DNA of 49,731 nt from an uncultured Mucilaginibacter sp. (lineage in GTDB: Bacteria; Bacteroidota; Bacteroidia; Sphingobacteriales; Sphingobacteriaceae). The position numbers and the translations under genes are program-made. Shown here one piece after another: positions 27,635 to 37,853 of the stretch. The stretch lies in the NCBI GenBank assembly GCA_965650195.1, contig CBFGNU010000001.1, positions 1-49,731 of the forward strand. Reading direction: 5' to 3'. The number at the start of each line of letters is the position of its first letter. Within the stretch, counting starts at the first letter, position 1. Under the pieces are notes generated by a model. The model was not told where the DNA came from. It was given only the letters and a program-made list of their open reading frames with translations, and ran no database searches.

Positions 27635-29983
27635 ATGGAGATAATTTACGTCCTGTTTTTGTTGATCATCATAATTTTGCTTGTAACCATAAAAAATGGG
27701 TTACAGACAAGAACAGACGATCTTGAGGCACGAATTCTTGACCTACAACGTTTAATAAAACAGACTGCCGCGGCGAAACCTCCTGTTGAAGTTGAAAGGG
27801 CGAAAGCGCCCGAGCCGATAAGGCAACAACCCGAAATAAAACCAGAGCGGCCTCCTGTAATTGCTGCCCCTATTGCCCCGCCACGAAGAGTTATAGATGA
27901 GGGGGTAAAAGAAACAAGGGTTGAACGCCCCACACCTGCATTTACGCCGCCTGATTATAGACAGCCTGAACCTGAGCTTTCTTTTTTTGAACGGCATCCT
28001 GATCTGGAAAAGTTTATCGGCGAAAATCTTGTGAATAAAATTGGTATAGCCATTCTGGTACTTGCCATAGCCTTTTTTGTTAAATACGCAATTGATAACA
28101 ACTGGGTGGGGCCTGCCGGGCGGGTAGGCATTGGGGTGCTTTGCGGAAGTATTCTGATAGGCATAGCACACCGGCTCAGAAATTCTTATAACGCATTTAG
28201 TTCTGTACTGGTTGGCGGTGGTATTGCAGTGCTGTATTTTACCATTACGCTGGCTTACCACCAGTTCCATTTATTTGATCAAACCGTATCATTTATCATT
28301 CTTATTGTAATTACGTGTTTTGCCGTTGCGCTTGCGTTGTTGTACGACAAGCAAGAGCTCGCGGTGATAGCGCTGGTTGGTGGCTTGTCCAGTCCTTTTA
28401 TGGTGAGCAGCGGTCACGCTAATTACAGCGCCTTGTTTATTTACCTGGTGGTTTTAAACTCGGGTTTACTCATCATCGCATATAACAAAGCCTGGCGGAT
28501 ATTAAATATCTCGGCATTTGTTTTAACGGCTATTATAACAGCCGGAGTGGTTTACAGCCTTTCAGCAAGTTCTTACTCAACCGGCCTGGTGTACTGCAGT
28601 ATACTTTATCTGCTGTTCTTTGCCATAAATGTTGCCAATAATGTCCGCGAGAACAAAAAATTCATCACGTCTGATTTTACCATATTGCTTGCCTGCAATG
28701 CCTTGTATTTTTCGGCAGGATTGTATTTGCTTGATGCTATGGATAAGCAACATCTACAGGGCTTGTTTTGCGCCGTTTTAGGTTTTGTTAATCTTGTACT
28801 ATCGTTCCTGCTCTTTCGGAACCGCAAGGTTGATAACAATATTTTATACTTACTTATTGGTATAACATTAACCTTTATTTCTTTGATCGCGCCTATACAG
28901 CTCGACGGGCACGCCATAACCTTGTTTTGGGCTGCAGAGGCTGTTTTGTTGTACTGGCTATACCAACGTTCGCAGATAAAGTTAATGCAGCTTGCTGCAT
29001 TGCTTATATGGCTAATTATGGCAATGAGCCTTGCAATGGATTGGTTTACGCTGTACCTTGATCAGTTTAACCACTTCCCGGTAATTGCCAACAGAGGCTT
29101 TATTACCACTATAGTTGCGGCACTAAGCTCTTACCTGCTATACCGCCTGATGCAGAACGACGAGGACAATACTATCTATGGCTTTAGCATACCGCTGCTT
29201 TTGTACAGGAACGTAGCATTTATGCTGCTTTTTATGGCAGGCTTATTAGAAGTTAATTTGCAGTTCTCAAGCCGATACGAGGGCACGGGATTGAATATTT
29301 TATACCTGATGCTTTACATCCCCGCATTTGTTTACGTTTTCTACATGCTGTCAAAAAAGGCGGCGGGGTTAAAACTTAGCTGGCAATTAGCAATGGGGCT
29401 ATTAAGCGTGTGTGTTTTAATTGAGCTTATGTTTAGCGGAGCTATATTTCAGATACAGGCTGATATACTTACGGGTAAGGCCATACCGAACAGTCATTTT
29501 ATAGCGCAATGGGTGTCTGCTTTGTTTGTTGCACTGATATTTTATGAATTGGTAAATCTTATAAGGACAAACTTATCCCATCTTCCATTTGCCGCCTGGA
29601 TCACTTCCGCCGCCATTGTGTTATTTTTAAGTTTGAACGTTTGCCTGGCGATAACTGCCATGTTTTATACCCCGGCAACAACAATTTATGAGCTGCAGAC
29701 TGTTTATATAAAGGTTGGTCTGCCTATTTTATGGAGCGCGTTATCGTTTGCTTTGATGTGGTTGGGCATGCGTTATAAAGCGCAAACGTTACGTATCATA
29801 TCTTTAACCTTGTTTAGTATTACGCTGATAAAACTGTTTGTGTTTGATATACGCAACATACCGCCCGCAGGTAAAATAGCAGCGTTCTTCTGTCTGGGTG
29901 TTTTGCTGCTTATCGTATCGTTCATGTATCAAAAAGTAAAAAAAATAATTGCTGATGATGGGGACGCGCATAATGAAATTTAA
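27635..29983 (+). CDS. DUF2339-like multi-pass membrane protein
   Basis: Coiled/Pro-rich linker, LEKFIGEN..KIG, about 20 TM helices, KLFVFDI..KIAAFFCLGVLLL tail. Confidence 0.85.
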   Translation: MEIIYVLFLLIIIILLVTIKNGLQTRTDDLEARILDLQRLIKQTAAAKPPVEVERAKAPEPIRQQPEIKPERPPVIAAPIAPPRRVIDEGVKETRVERPTPAFTPPDYRQPEPELSFFERHPDLEKFIGENLVNKIGIAILVLAIAFFVKYAIDNNWVGPAGRVGIGVLCGSILIGIAHRLRNSYNAFSSVLVGGGIAVLYFTITLAYHQFHLFDQTVSFIILIVITCFAVALALLYDKQELAVIALVGGLSSPFMVSSGHANYSALFIYLVVLNSGLLIIAYNKAWRILNISAFVLTAIITAGVVYSLSASSYSTGLVYCSILYLLFFAINVANNVRENKKFITSDFTILLACNALYFSAGLYLLDAMDKQHLQGLFCAVLGFVNLVLSFLLFRNRKVDNNILYLLIGITLTFISLIAPIQLDGHAITLFWAAEAVLLYWLYQRSQIKLMQLAALLIWLIMAMSLAMDWFTLYLDQFNHFPVIANRGFITTIVAALSSYLLYRLMQNDEDNTIYGFSIPLLLYRNVAFMLLFMAGLLEVNLQFSSRYEGTGLNILYLMLYIPAFVYVFYMLSKKAAGLKLSWQLAMGLLSVCVLIELMFSGAIFQIQADILTGKAIPNSHFIAQWVSALFVALIFYELVNLIRTNLSHLPFAAWITSAAIVLFLSLNVCLAITAMFYTPATTIYELQTVYIKVGLPILWSALSFALMWLGMRYKAQTLRIISLTLFSITLIKLFVFDIRNIPPAGKIAAFFCLGVLLLIVSFMYQKVKKIIADDGDAHNEI

Positions 29984-31217
29984 AAGCAAACTATTTACGC
30001 TAGGCTTAATATTGAGTTGTTTTACCCTGTTTGGTCAACAAAATATTAAACACACTTTTCAACCAAACTTTAAATACCGGGCAAGTCTGGGAAAAGTTGA
30101 TAGTTCTCGAATGTATAAAATTTACCTGACGCCCAACGTCTTTTCAAAATTGGAAACCAAGTATGGTGATGATTTCAGGTTAGTTGATAAAAACAACGAA
30201 TTTGTAACTTTTATTTACAGTCCGCTTATCCCCATGCGACCACGCCTTGTAAACTTACCGCAGGTTTCGTCGGCAGTTAACACGTCCTCATTGGCAATTT
30301 TCCAAAACAGTGAAAATCTTGTTTTGGATCACGTCGATCTGAAGATCCGCAACAATTCAGTCGTCAGGAGCCTTAATTTATCCGGCAGCGACGATTTACA
30401 AACTTGGTACGCCATCACAGATAATGAGCCGGTTTCAAAAGAAACTTATAATGACAATGAGGATGGCACGTTTAAACACACCATTAACTTCCCTTCAAGC
30501 AACTATAAATTTTTTAAAGTTGAACAGGTTGATAAAAAGCTAAAACCTATCTCCGTATTGTCAGGCAGTATATTTTTGCAAACCCCTCCTTCAAAACGGT
30601 ACGATACTACCTCGGTAAGAATTATTTCGCAAAAAGATAGCGATGATGTTAGTGTGGTGCGTATTGTGTTAAACAAAAAGATTAGCTCAAATAGATTACA
30701 GCTGGTGTTTGATGGCGATAAATATTACCGTCGTAACATTGCAATCTTTGAAAATTTCGCCGGCGAACACAAGCAGATTTTTAATGGATATGTAAGTTCT
30801 GACAACAAATCGCCCGAAGTTTCTTTTGAATCAGAATCAGATGTAATTGAATTGCTTGTTTACAATGGGGATAACAAACCGCTAAGAGTTAAATCTGTCA
30901 CTGTTATACAATTGATTCCCGTAATAGCATCCTATCTTAAAAAGGGGCAAGAGTATAGTATTGTGTTTGGAGATCCCAAATCTGGGCCTTCAGCATGGGA
31001 TGTGCAGTTTTTTGCCGATAGTCTGCTTATGCAACCTATGCCCGAGATAACACCAAAAAAGATCGAAGCCAATCCATTATATAAGCGCCCGCAAGCTAAC
31101 AATGGTTTACCCGCGTGGGTGCTATGGGCAGCAATAGCAGCAGCCGCAATTATTCTACTAACCCTTACCTTAAAAATGACCCGCGAAGTAAACAAACGCG
31201 CAAAGGAAAGTAAATAA
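29973..31217 (+). CDS. DUF3999-like exported protein with C-terminal TM anchor
   Basis: Signal peptide, DFRL, SGSDDLQTW, NGDNKPL, C-terminal LW-hydrophobic anchor; coupled to DUF2339 gene. Confidence 0.65.
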   Translation: MKFKSKLFTLGLILSCFTLFGQQNIKHTFQPNFKYRASLGKVDSSRMYKIYLTPNVFSKLETKYGDDFRLVDKNNEFVTFIYSPLIPMRPRLVNLPQVSSAVNTSSLAIFQNSENLVLDHVDLKIRNNSVVRSLNLSGSDDLQTWYAITDNEPVSKETYNDNEDGTFKHTINFPSSNYKFFKVEQVDKKLKPISVLSGSIFLQTPPSKRYDTTSVRIISQKDSDDVSVVRIVLNKKISSNRLQLVFDGDKYYRRNIAIFENFAGEHKQIFNGYVSSDNKSPEVSFESESDVIELLVYNGDNKPLRVKSVTVIQLIPVIASYLKKGQEYSIVFGDPKSGPSAWDVQFFADSLLMQPMPEITPKKIEANPLYKRPQANNGLPAWVLWAAIAAAAIILLTLTLKMTREVNKRAKESK

Positions 31218-31691
31218 TTACTGCACCATCTTATTAGCGCAGTACGAACTGGCAAATGCTTCCGGTTTAGCCTTAAACACAAAGCCCATGCTTAAAATGT
31301 AGCCCATGGCTTCGTGTAACGCCTGATTTGATTTAAACATAGGGTTGGTATTAATGTCGGCATGTACCTCCAGATCAACATCATACAAATCAAGCAGGTC
31401 GCAAAGGCTGTAGGCAGTGTCGATGGACTTTTGGACTTCTGACAGCATGCGCTCTTTGATGCTCATTTTTTGGGTGGTGCGCTCCTGGTGTATAAACATA
31501 AAGCCACCCCTTGCTTCGCGTAAAAACACAATAACGGTGGCAAAATCGGTTACCAGGCCCTTAACTTGCGAGTCGGTGCCAATGCATACTTTTAGCTTGT
31601 TGCCTAACAGGGTTTCGCGCTCAATAGCCGCTTCTACTTCTTCAATAATTGGCAATTGGATGATCTCGCCGCTAAATTTTCTCCAGGTCAT
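31218..31691 (-). CDS. RNase H-like YkuK (DUF458) family protein
   Basis: IGTDSQ, EVHADIN, KPEAFASSYCA. Confidence 0.88.
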   Translation of the reverse strand: MTWRKFSGEIIQLPIIEEVEAAIERETLLGNKLKVCIGTDSQVKGLVTDFATVIVFLREARGGFMFIHQERTTQKMSIKERMLSEVQKSIDTAYSLCDLLDLYDVDLEVHADINTNPMFKSNQALHEAMGYILSMGFVFKAKPEAFASSYCANKMVQ

Positions 31692-31839
31692 AAAAGATAA
31701 TTTTTAAGTTGACTTGTGAAACCTTGGATTGAGGTTTATAAAAATAAGGCATAACAATCCGTATTAACGTAATGTCAACATCATTTATTTGTTAACATTG
31801 CGCTAAATATCAACAGCTTAAATGCGGAAGTAGTGATAT

Positions 31840-32040
31840 TTAGAAGAGGTTAAGCGAAGGCTTTTCAAAAGCCTCAGTTATTTTAACAACCAAAAGCAGT
31901 AAAAGATAAAACGCACCTATCAGGCAATAAGCAACACAGTACACTATGCAATAAGGAAGAAATAAAATAGCAAGGTTGAAGTAGTTTCTCATAAGATTGG
32001 GTTTTACAACAATTTTATGGAACATTTGAAGGCCCGGCAA
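31840..32040 (-). CDS. Possible small hydrophobic protein
   Basis: 66-aa ORF with long hydrophobic stretch; start uncertain. Confidence 0.3.
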   Translation of the reverse strand: MPGLQMFHKIVVKPNLMRNYFNLAILFLPYCIVYCVAYCLIGAFYLLLLLVVKITEAFEKPSLNLF

Positions 32041-32157
32041 TACAATGCAATTGGGATTTATGGCAATCAGTTTGGCATTAAAGCAAGATATAAGTGATAT
32101 AACAATGTGTATAAAACAAACCTTCCCCGTTGGTTGGAAGCTGCTTTTATTAGAAAC

Positions 32158-32192
32158 AAAAAGAGCGATAGGTTTATACCTATCGCTCTTTT
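32158..32192. terminator. Intrinsic terminator after zinc-ribbon gene
   Basis: aaaagagcgatagg-loop-cctatcgctctttt with A/T tails on both sides. Confidence 0.85.
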
Positions 32193-32216
32193 AAAAAATT
32201 TTAATTGCTTTTAGCT

Positions 32217-32966
32217 TTATGCAGTAGCTTCTTCAGCTTCCAAAGCCATTTGCTCATCTATCAAAATACGTCCGCAATGCTCGCAAACGATGATCTTTTT
32301 ACGCTGACGGATATCAGATTGGCGTTGTGGCGGGATCTGGTTGAAACAGCCCGAGCATGAGTCGCGCTGAATAGTTACTACAGCTAAACCGTTTTTAGCG
32401 TTTTTACGCAGACGATTGTAAGCAAATAATAAACGTTCTTCTATGTTCGGGATAGCCTTATCAGCTAAAGCGATCAGTTCAGTTTCTTCTTTTTCAGTTT
32501 CAGAAGTAATAGTGTCCAACTCCGCTTTTTTAGCATCAAGATCTACCTTACGCGCATCAAGATCTGCTAAAGCTTTCTCGTAAACCTGAGTTTTTGAAGC
32601 GATCTCAAAACCAAATTCTCTGATCTTCTTCTCGCTCACTTGTATATCAAGGCCTTGTATCTCTATTTCTTTTGAGATAGCATCGTATTCGCGGTTATTC
32701 TTAACCTCATTTAGCTGAACCTCATATTTTTTGATGTTGGCTTGCGCATCGCGAATAACGTTTTTGCGGGTAACTATATCATCCTCAAGATCATCCAGCT
32801 CACTTTTTATTTTTTGAATGCGTGTTTCCAAACCGGCAACGTCATCCTCAAGGTCGGCAACCTCCATAGGAAGTTCGCCCCTTACCTGGCGCATCTTATC
32901 AATTTTTGTGTGGATGGTTTGAAGTTCGTATAAAGCTTTAAGCTTTTGTTCTACGGTTTGTTCCAT
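32217..32966 (-). CDS. Coiled-coil / C4 zinc-ribbon (DUF164-like) protein
   Basis: Long coiled coil, CSGC and CEHCGRIL; coupled to Nif3 gene. Confidence 0.92.
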   Translation of the reverse strand: MEQTVEQKLKALYELQTIHTKIDKMRQVRGELPMEVADLEDDVAGLETRIQKIKSELDDLEDDIVTRKNVIRDAQANIKKYEVQLNEVKNNREYDAISKEIEIQGLDIQVSEKKIREFGFEIASKTQVYEKALADLDARKVDLDAKKAELDTITSETEKEETELIALADKAIPNIEERLLFAYNRLRKNAKNGLAVVTIQRDSCSGCFNQIPPQRQSDIRQRKKIIVCEHCGRILIDEQMALEAEEATA

Positions 32967-34063
32967 TAAATATAATATTTGACAGGGTTTGTATTTGTTT
33001 CTGTTAAACGGACGGCAAAGTTACTAAATTTTTTCTGAATTATTTCCAACAATAGTTGCTGTGTAAATTGCTCACTTTCAAAGTGTCCCACATCAGCAAT
33101 AACTATCTTTCCATCGGCATCAAAAAACTCATGATATTTATAGTCGGCAGTAATAAAAAAGTCTGCCCCGGCCGCTATTGCCTGCTTCAGTAAAAAGCCA
33201 CCCGCACCGCCACAAACCGCCACTTTTTTTACCGTTTTGTGGCGAAGTTCAGTATGCCTTATCACCTGCGCCTGCAGTTTGTCTTTTACCAGAAATAAAA
33301 ACTTCTCTTCGTCCATCGGCACCTCCAACTCACCCACCATACCTGATCCTACTTGCTGATGTTGGTTGGTTAATGTATAAAGATCATAAGCCACTTCTTC
33401 GTAAGGATGCGCCAGTACCAACGCCATCAGTATTTTGCTTTCCAAATTGGCCGGGTAAACCGTTTCTATTTTTATTTCGCTTTCTGTATGGCGCTCGCCG
33501 GGCTCGCCAACGTAAGGGGTGGTATCATCGCCGCCTTTAAAGGTACCGCTGCCTGCGCTGCTAAAGCTGCATTCACTGTAATCGCCAATGTGGCCCGCTC
33601 CGGCATGAAATAAGGCATTACGCACACGTTCGGCGTGCTCATGGGGTACATAAGTTACCAGCTTTTTAAGCAGGCCTTGCTTGGGAGCCAGGATGTGGCA
33701 GTTTTGCAGACCTAAAGTTTGACAAATGCGGGCGTTAACACCGGTATGTATGTTATCCAGGTTGGTATGTATGGCGTATAGCGCTATGTTGTTGCGAATA
33801 GCTTTTTCAACCACGCGCTCTACATAGGTTTTGCCATTAAACTTTTTAAGTCCCTTAAAAACTATGGGGTGGTGTGATATAATAAGCTGACAGCCGGTTG
33901 CAATGGCCTCATCAACAACCGCTTCAATACAATCAAGCGAGATAAGGGCCTGATGTATTTCCTGGTAGGGATGGCCTACTATAAGGCCTGCATTGTCATA
34001 GTCTTCCTGGTAGGCAAGCGGCGCCAGGCTTTCAAGATACGCGGTAAGCTGAGAGAGTTTCAT
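32966..34063 (-). CDS. Nif3-like dinuclear metal centre protein
   Basis: YDNAGL, HHPIVF, HTNLD, HPYEEVAYD, DVGHFESE. Confidence 0.95.
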   Translation of the reverse strand: MKLSQLTAYLESLAPLAYQEDYDNAGLIVGHPYQEIHQALISLDCIEAVVDEAIATGCQLIISHHPIVFKGLKKFNGKTYVERVVEKAIRNNIALYAIHTNLDNIHTGVNARICQTLGLQNCHILAPKQGLLKKLVTYVPHEHAERVRNALFHAGAGHIGDYSECSFSSAGSGTFKGGDDTTPYVGEPGERHTESEIKIETVYPANLESKILMALVLAHPYEEVAYDLYTLTNQHQQVGSGMVGELEVPMDEEKFLFLVKDKLQAQVIRHTELRHKTVKKVAVCGGAGGFLLKQAIAAGADFFITADYKYHEFFDADGKIVIADVGHFESEQFTQQLLLEIIQKKFSNFAVRLTETNTNPVKYYI

Positions 34064-34228
34064 AATTGCTCTAAGTTAGCAATGTGGCCCGATGTTTTAA
34101 AATTTAGCCGTGGGCTAAATAGCAAAGGATCAAAACACCGGTAATATTTTCTGTGGCCCTAACGCTTGGTTTACCACTGCTTACCTTGTTTTGATCCCGA
34201 AATGTAGAATACCTGCGTATTCGTTTTA

Positions 34229-34345
34229 TTATTTTTTGGCTGCTCTGCCTTTTATCTTGTTCAGATCACTTTGTAAAATGCTTTTAAGGGCTTTATCAAA
34301 GTTGGTTACCAGGTTTGCAGTTGATTGTTTGTAGTATGTTTTCAT
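34229..34345 (-). CDS. Candidate 38-aa small protein downstream of the TM2 gene
   Basis: MKTYYKQSTANLVTNFDKALKSILQSDLNKIKGRAAKK*; A-rich leader 19 nt after TM2 stop. Confidence 0.55.
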   Translation of the reverse strand: MKTYYKQSTANLVTNFDKALKSILQSDLNKIKGRAAKK

Positions 34346-34364
34346 GATTATTTTAAGTTTAAGG

Positions 34365-34727
34365 TTATGCGCTCATTTTAGCAATCTGGAAACTTTCGTA
34401 AGCCATTTTGCGGTTAAAATCTGTTGCTAATTGTTTGTGATTTACTAGGTCGACAATAGTCCCGATAAAGCAAAGACCACCGGTAAAGAAATAAAGAATA
34501 CCCATTCCTATCTGCCCAACCAAAAAGCGCTGGATACCTGCTACACCGAAAAAGCCTATCAGGGTAAAAATCAACAAATCTTGCGGGCTTTTGCGTTTAC
34601 CTGTATAGATCATGTAAAAGTGTTTTTTCTGATTTTCGTTCAGTTCGGCAGTTGCCTGTTGCAAAAACGTAAGTTCTTCTGTTGTTACGCCGGGCATTGA
34701 CATGTAAGGGTTGCTATAAAAGTCCAT
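34365..34727 (-). CDS. TM2 domain protein
   Basis: GFFGVAGIQRFLVGQIGMGILYFFTGGLCFIGTIVDL. Confidence 0.9.
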   Translation of the reverse strand: MDFYSNPYMSMPGVTTEELTFLQQATAELNENQKKHFYMIYTGKRKSPQDLLIFTLIGFFGVAGIQRFLVGQIGMGILYFFTGGLCFIGTIVDLVNHKQLATDFNRKMAYESFQIAKMSA

Positions 34728-34937
34728 TTTAGTGTTGTTTTAGTTTTCTTGTTTTGTTTGTTGAATCAAAAGTAAGGTACAATTTAAAAACAGCACACGC
34801 AAAATAGGTTAGCTTATTAAACATCTCGGTAAACAGCCAAATTGTGGCGGTGAAATATCAGGAAATATATAGGTCGTCGGTGAAAACATTGAACTCACGC
34901 GTTCCAAAAGAAATATTTAGCTTTGACAGTACTATAT

Positions 34938-35951
34938 ATGAAGCTAAGCTACCAGCCTTTCGATCTATTACTGAAACATACCTTTACAATTGCAGGCTAT
35001 TCGCGGGCATCAACGCCATTGATGTTAGTACAATTAGAGCATGAAGGCCTCGTTGGTTATGGCGAGGCTTCTATGGTGCCCTACCTGGGCGAAAGCATTC
35101 AAACGGCTACAGATTTTCTTAACAATGTAAAAACCGCTCAGTTTAAGTTGCCTTTTGATTTTGCTGCTATTCATGCTTATTTGGACGATATCGCCGCAGG
35201 CAACACCGCTATTAAAGCAGCTATTGACATCGCTCTGCATGATCTGGATGGTAAACTGAATAACAAGCCTTGCTGGCAATTAATGCAAAGCGATGTGGCG
35301 CTTATGCCACCAACGAGTTTTACCATAGGCATTGATACCCCCGATAATATGCGCCAAAAAGCGCTTGAAGCACAAGATTTCAAAATTATTAAAGTGAAGC
35401 TGGGGGGTGATAATGATAAGGAACGGATAGCGGCCATCCGTTCGGTAACTGAGGTGCCGCTTTATGTGGATGTTAACCAAGGCTGGACGGATCGAAACAT
35501 AGCTTTAGAAATGATATGGTGGCTTTTTGAACAGGGCGTTATTTTGCTAGAGCAACCTATGCCCAAACATGATATGGAGGGCAATGCCTGGATAACTTCG
35601 CAAAGCCCGATACCAATAATTGGCGACGAAGCCGTTCAGCGCCTGCCTGATGTGGAAAAGGCGGTTGATGTTTATCACGGTATAAATGTTAAGCTGATGA
35701 AATCGGGCGGAATGTTTGAGGCCAAACGGATGATTGACAAAGCAAGGCAATGCGGCTTAAAAGTATTAATAGGCTGCATGAGCGAAAGCAGCTGCGCAAC
35801 ACTAGCCGCCGCAGCTCTGGCGCCACAATGCGACTGGGCAGATATAGATGGGCCATTTCTAACAACCAACAACCCTTATGCTATGCCAGCCTTTGCCGAT
35901 GGTAAATATTTGCCTGGTAACGAACCTGGTTTGGGTTTGCAACTTAAATAA
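34938..35951 (+). CDS. Dipeptide (L-Ala-D/L-Glu) epimerase, enolase superfamily
   Basis: GYGEA, AIDIALHD, KVKLG (KxK), DVNQGW, EQP, GDE, KLMKSGG, DIDG; start at ATG 34938. Confidence 0.92.
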   Translation: MKLSYQPFDLLLKHTFTIAGYSRASTPLMLVQLEHEGLVGYGEASMVPYLGESIQTATDFLNNVKTAQFKLPFDFAAIHAYLDDIAAGNTAIKAAIDIALHDLDGKLNNKPCWQLMQSDVALMPPTSFTIGIDTPDNMRQKALEAQDFKIIKVKLGGDNDKERIAAIRSVTEVPLYVDVNQGWTDRNIALEMIWWLFEQGVILLEQPMPKHDMEGNAWITSQSPIPIIGDEAVQRLPDVEKAVDVYHGINVKLMKSGGMFEAKRMIDKARQCGLKVLIGCMSESSCATLAAAALAPQCDWADIDGPFLTTNNPYAMPAFADGKYLPGNEPGLGLQLK

Positions 35952-36396
35952 CCTGCTTAACTGTATAGTTCTTGCCGTTCAGATTAAACCCTTCACCTGC
36001 GGTAAGCCCTTTCATTTTTTGGCCGATAGGCGATACCAACGAAATAGCGACGTAGTTAATATCATCAACCTGTATTGTACCTGCGCTTATACCGATATAA
36101 AAATTCCCGGCGTCGGTAATCACTATGCTACCATTGTCAACATTGTTTGACGGCGTAACCGGCACCTGATTGAGCTGCACCTTTAATTTATTAGCCTGGT
36201 GCAACTGCGCCATATTTCGATTGCTTTCCTGCTGTGCCATTTCGCGTCCGGTTTCGTACTTGTCTCCTGCACTGCTTTTGGTATCATCCTTAGCGGCTTG
36301 CTGAGCTTCATTAATTCCTTGCTGCGCCGCATCAATACTCCGCTGCACGTAGTTAAGGCATTCCTGATATAATTTTTGCTTAAGGGTAGACGACAT
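35944..36396 (-). CDS. GreA/GreB-like protein (Bacteroidota type)
   Basis: Coiled coil with KSSAGDKYETGREM tip; C-terminal ISLVSPIG GreA_C motif; start at ATG 36396. Confidence 0.85.
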   Translation of the reverse strand: MSSTLKQKLYQECLNYVQRSIDAAQQGINEAQQAAKDDTKSSAGDKYETGREMAQQESNRNMAQLHQANKLKVQLNQVPVTPSNNVDNGSIVITDAGNFYIGISAGTIQVDDINYVAISLVSPIGQKMKGLTAGEGFNLNGKNYTVKQVI

Positions 36397-36397
36397 T

Positions 36398-37180
36398 TTA
36401 CAATCCGGAGTAATAATCGTACCCACGCTCGGCCCAGTAATCCCTTGGGCGCTCATTACTAAACGCGATGGTGCCAATCCTTTTTAAATTCTTTATTCCG
36501 TATTTAACCGGAATGATCAAACGCAGCGGAGCGCCATGTTTAACAGGCAGCGGCCTGCCGTTAACTTCGTAAGCCAGTAATGTTTGAGGGTGAGTGGCGC
36601 TCGGAGTATCTATCCCTACATAATAACTTTTATCGGGCGTTTCCAAACTAACATAAGCCAATTTAGTTTCGTTGTGCAGTTTGTAGTGATCTATCAGGTC
36701 AGCAAACTTGACGCCGCCCCAATGCGAGATCTGGTCCCAGCCCTCAACACATTTAAAGTCAAAAACTATTTCTGTTTTAGGCAGCGCCTTTAAGTCTTCC
36801 AAGGTTACATTCAATACTTCGCCCGAAGTTTTCTTTATTTGCAATTGCCAGGCTGCAACATCAAACGGTGCTTTTAAGTTCATTCCTATCGAACTGTTGT
36901 ACCGCACCTGCTTTGCCGCCATTGATTTTGGGTACGTTTTAACCAGGTTTTTATGACTGAAAGTTTTTCTGAAAACCTGCTCGTTGTTATTAAGTACAGA
37001 GCGCAAGGGCGCATGCGCACCTTTAGTTACGCCGCCCGTTTCTGTTGGCGAATTATACAACCATCGCCACGAAAAAAAAGCGCCGGCCGATAACGCGGTA
37101 AAAGCACCAAACGAAATAAAAGTTCGCCGGCTGATCTTTTGATCAACGGTTAAAGGCTTTTTATACTTTTTCGGTGTCAT
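36398..37180 (-). CDS. Molybdopterin-dependent oxidoreductase (sulfite oxidase/MsrP-like), Tat-exported
   Basis: SRRTFI Tat motif, FKCVEGW Mo-ligand Cys, HGAPLRLIIPVKYGIK, YWAERGY. Confidence 0.9.
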   Translation of the reverse strand: MTPKKYKKPLTVDQKISRRTFISFGAFTALSAGAFFSWRWLYNSPTETGGVTKGAHAPLRSVLNNNEQVFRKTFSHKNLVKTYPKSMAAKQVRYNSSIGMNLKAPFDVAAWQLQIKKTSGEVLNVTLEDLKALPKTEIVFDFKCVEGWDQISHWGGVKFADLIDHYKLHNETKLAYVSLETPDKSYYVGIDTPSATHPQTLLAYEVNGRPLPVKHGAPLRLIIPVKYGIKNLKRIGTIAFSNERPRDYWAERGYDYYSGL

Positions 37181-37853
37181 GTTTGATCTCTTTTAAATCT
37201 TTATTCTTCTCTACTTCAAAACCGGTTATCACCGAGCGGAAATTACTCCATCCTGCTAAAATTACCTGTACTATATGTATCACAAAAAATAATACATAAC
37301 CAACCGTTAAAGCAAAATGCAGTATACGTGCAAAATGATAGCCCCCACACAGCCAGGTGATATAGTAAAACTGCACGGGCTTGTAAATAGCTAATCCAGT
37401 TATTACAGAGCCAAAGCCCATTATAATGATAGCCGAGTAGACAATGCGTTGCGCGGCGTTATATTTATCCTGAGGTGGTGCTGTTTTACGGATATGCAGA
37501 TCATGCAGCAAAACCAGCCAGGCTTCTTTAAACGACTTACGGTTTGGAACAAGCTGTCGCCATTCGCCTGATATCGCCGTATAGATCACATAAAATATAC
37601 CATTTAACGTAAAGAACCACATAAACAGGAAGTGAAAAGCCATTCCTTCTGATAAACGATGCGGTATCTTCAGTGCATCATAAAACCACACCGGGAAAAA
37701 ACGAACGAAAGTATGCCCAAAAAGGGTTACAGAATAAACATCATTTGCCCAATAAATAAGCAGCCCGCTCCATATCATGATGGTTAGCAGCGGAAAGTTT
37801 ACCCAGTGGGCCCAGCGCATGGCTAAAGAATGCTTCTCCTTAATTTTTTTCAT
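37161..37853 (-). CDS. Cytochrome b/b6-domain membrane subunit
   Basis: RWAHWVN, HFLFMW, KYNAAQR, RILHF..IHI heme-ligand His pattern. Confidence 0.88.
   Translation of the reverse strand: MKKIKEKHSLAMRWAHWVNFPLLTIMIWSGLLIYWANDVYSVTLFGHTFVRFFPVWFYDALKIPHRLSEGMAFHFLFMWFFTLNGIFYVIYTAISGEWRQLVPNRKSFKEAWLVLLHDLHIRKTAPPQDKYNAAQRIVYSAIIIMGFGSVITGLAIYKPVQFYYITWLCGGYHFARILHFALTVGYVLFFVIHIVQVILAGWSNFRSVITGFEVEKNKDLKEIKHDTEKV

Noticed and set aside
35944..36477. 177-aa version of the GreA-like ORF, or a fatty-acid synthase label for it
   Set aside because: The extension overlaps the upstream gene by 80 nt; the sequence has GreA-like features and no ketosynthase motifs.
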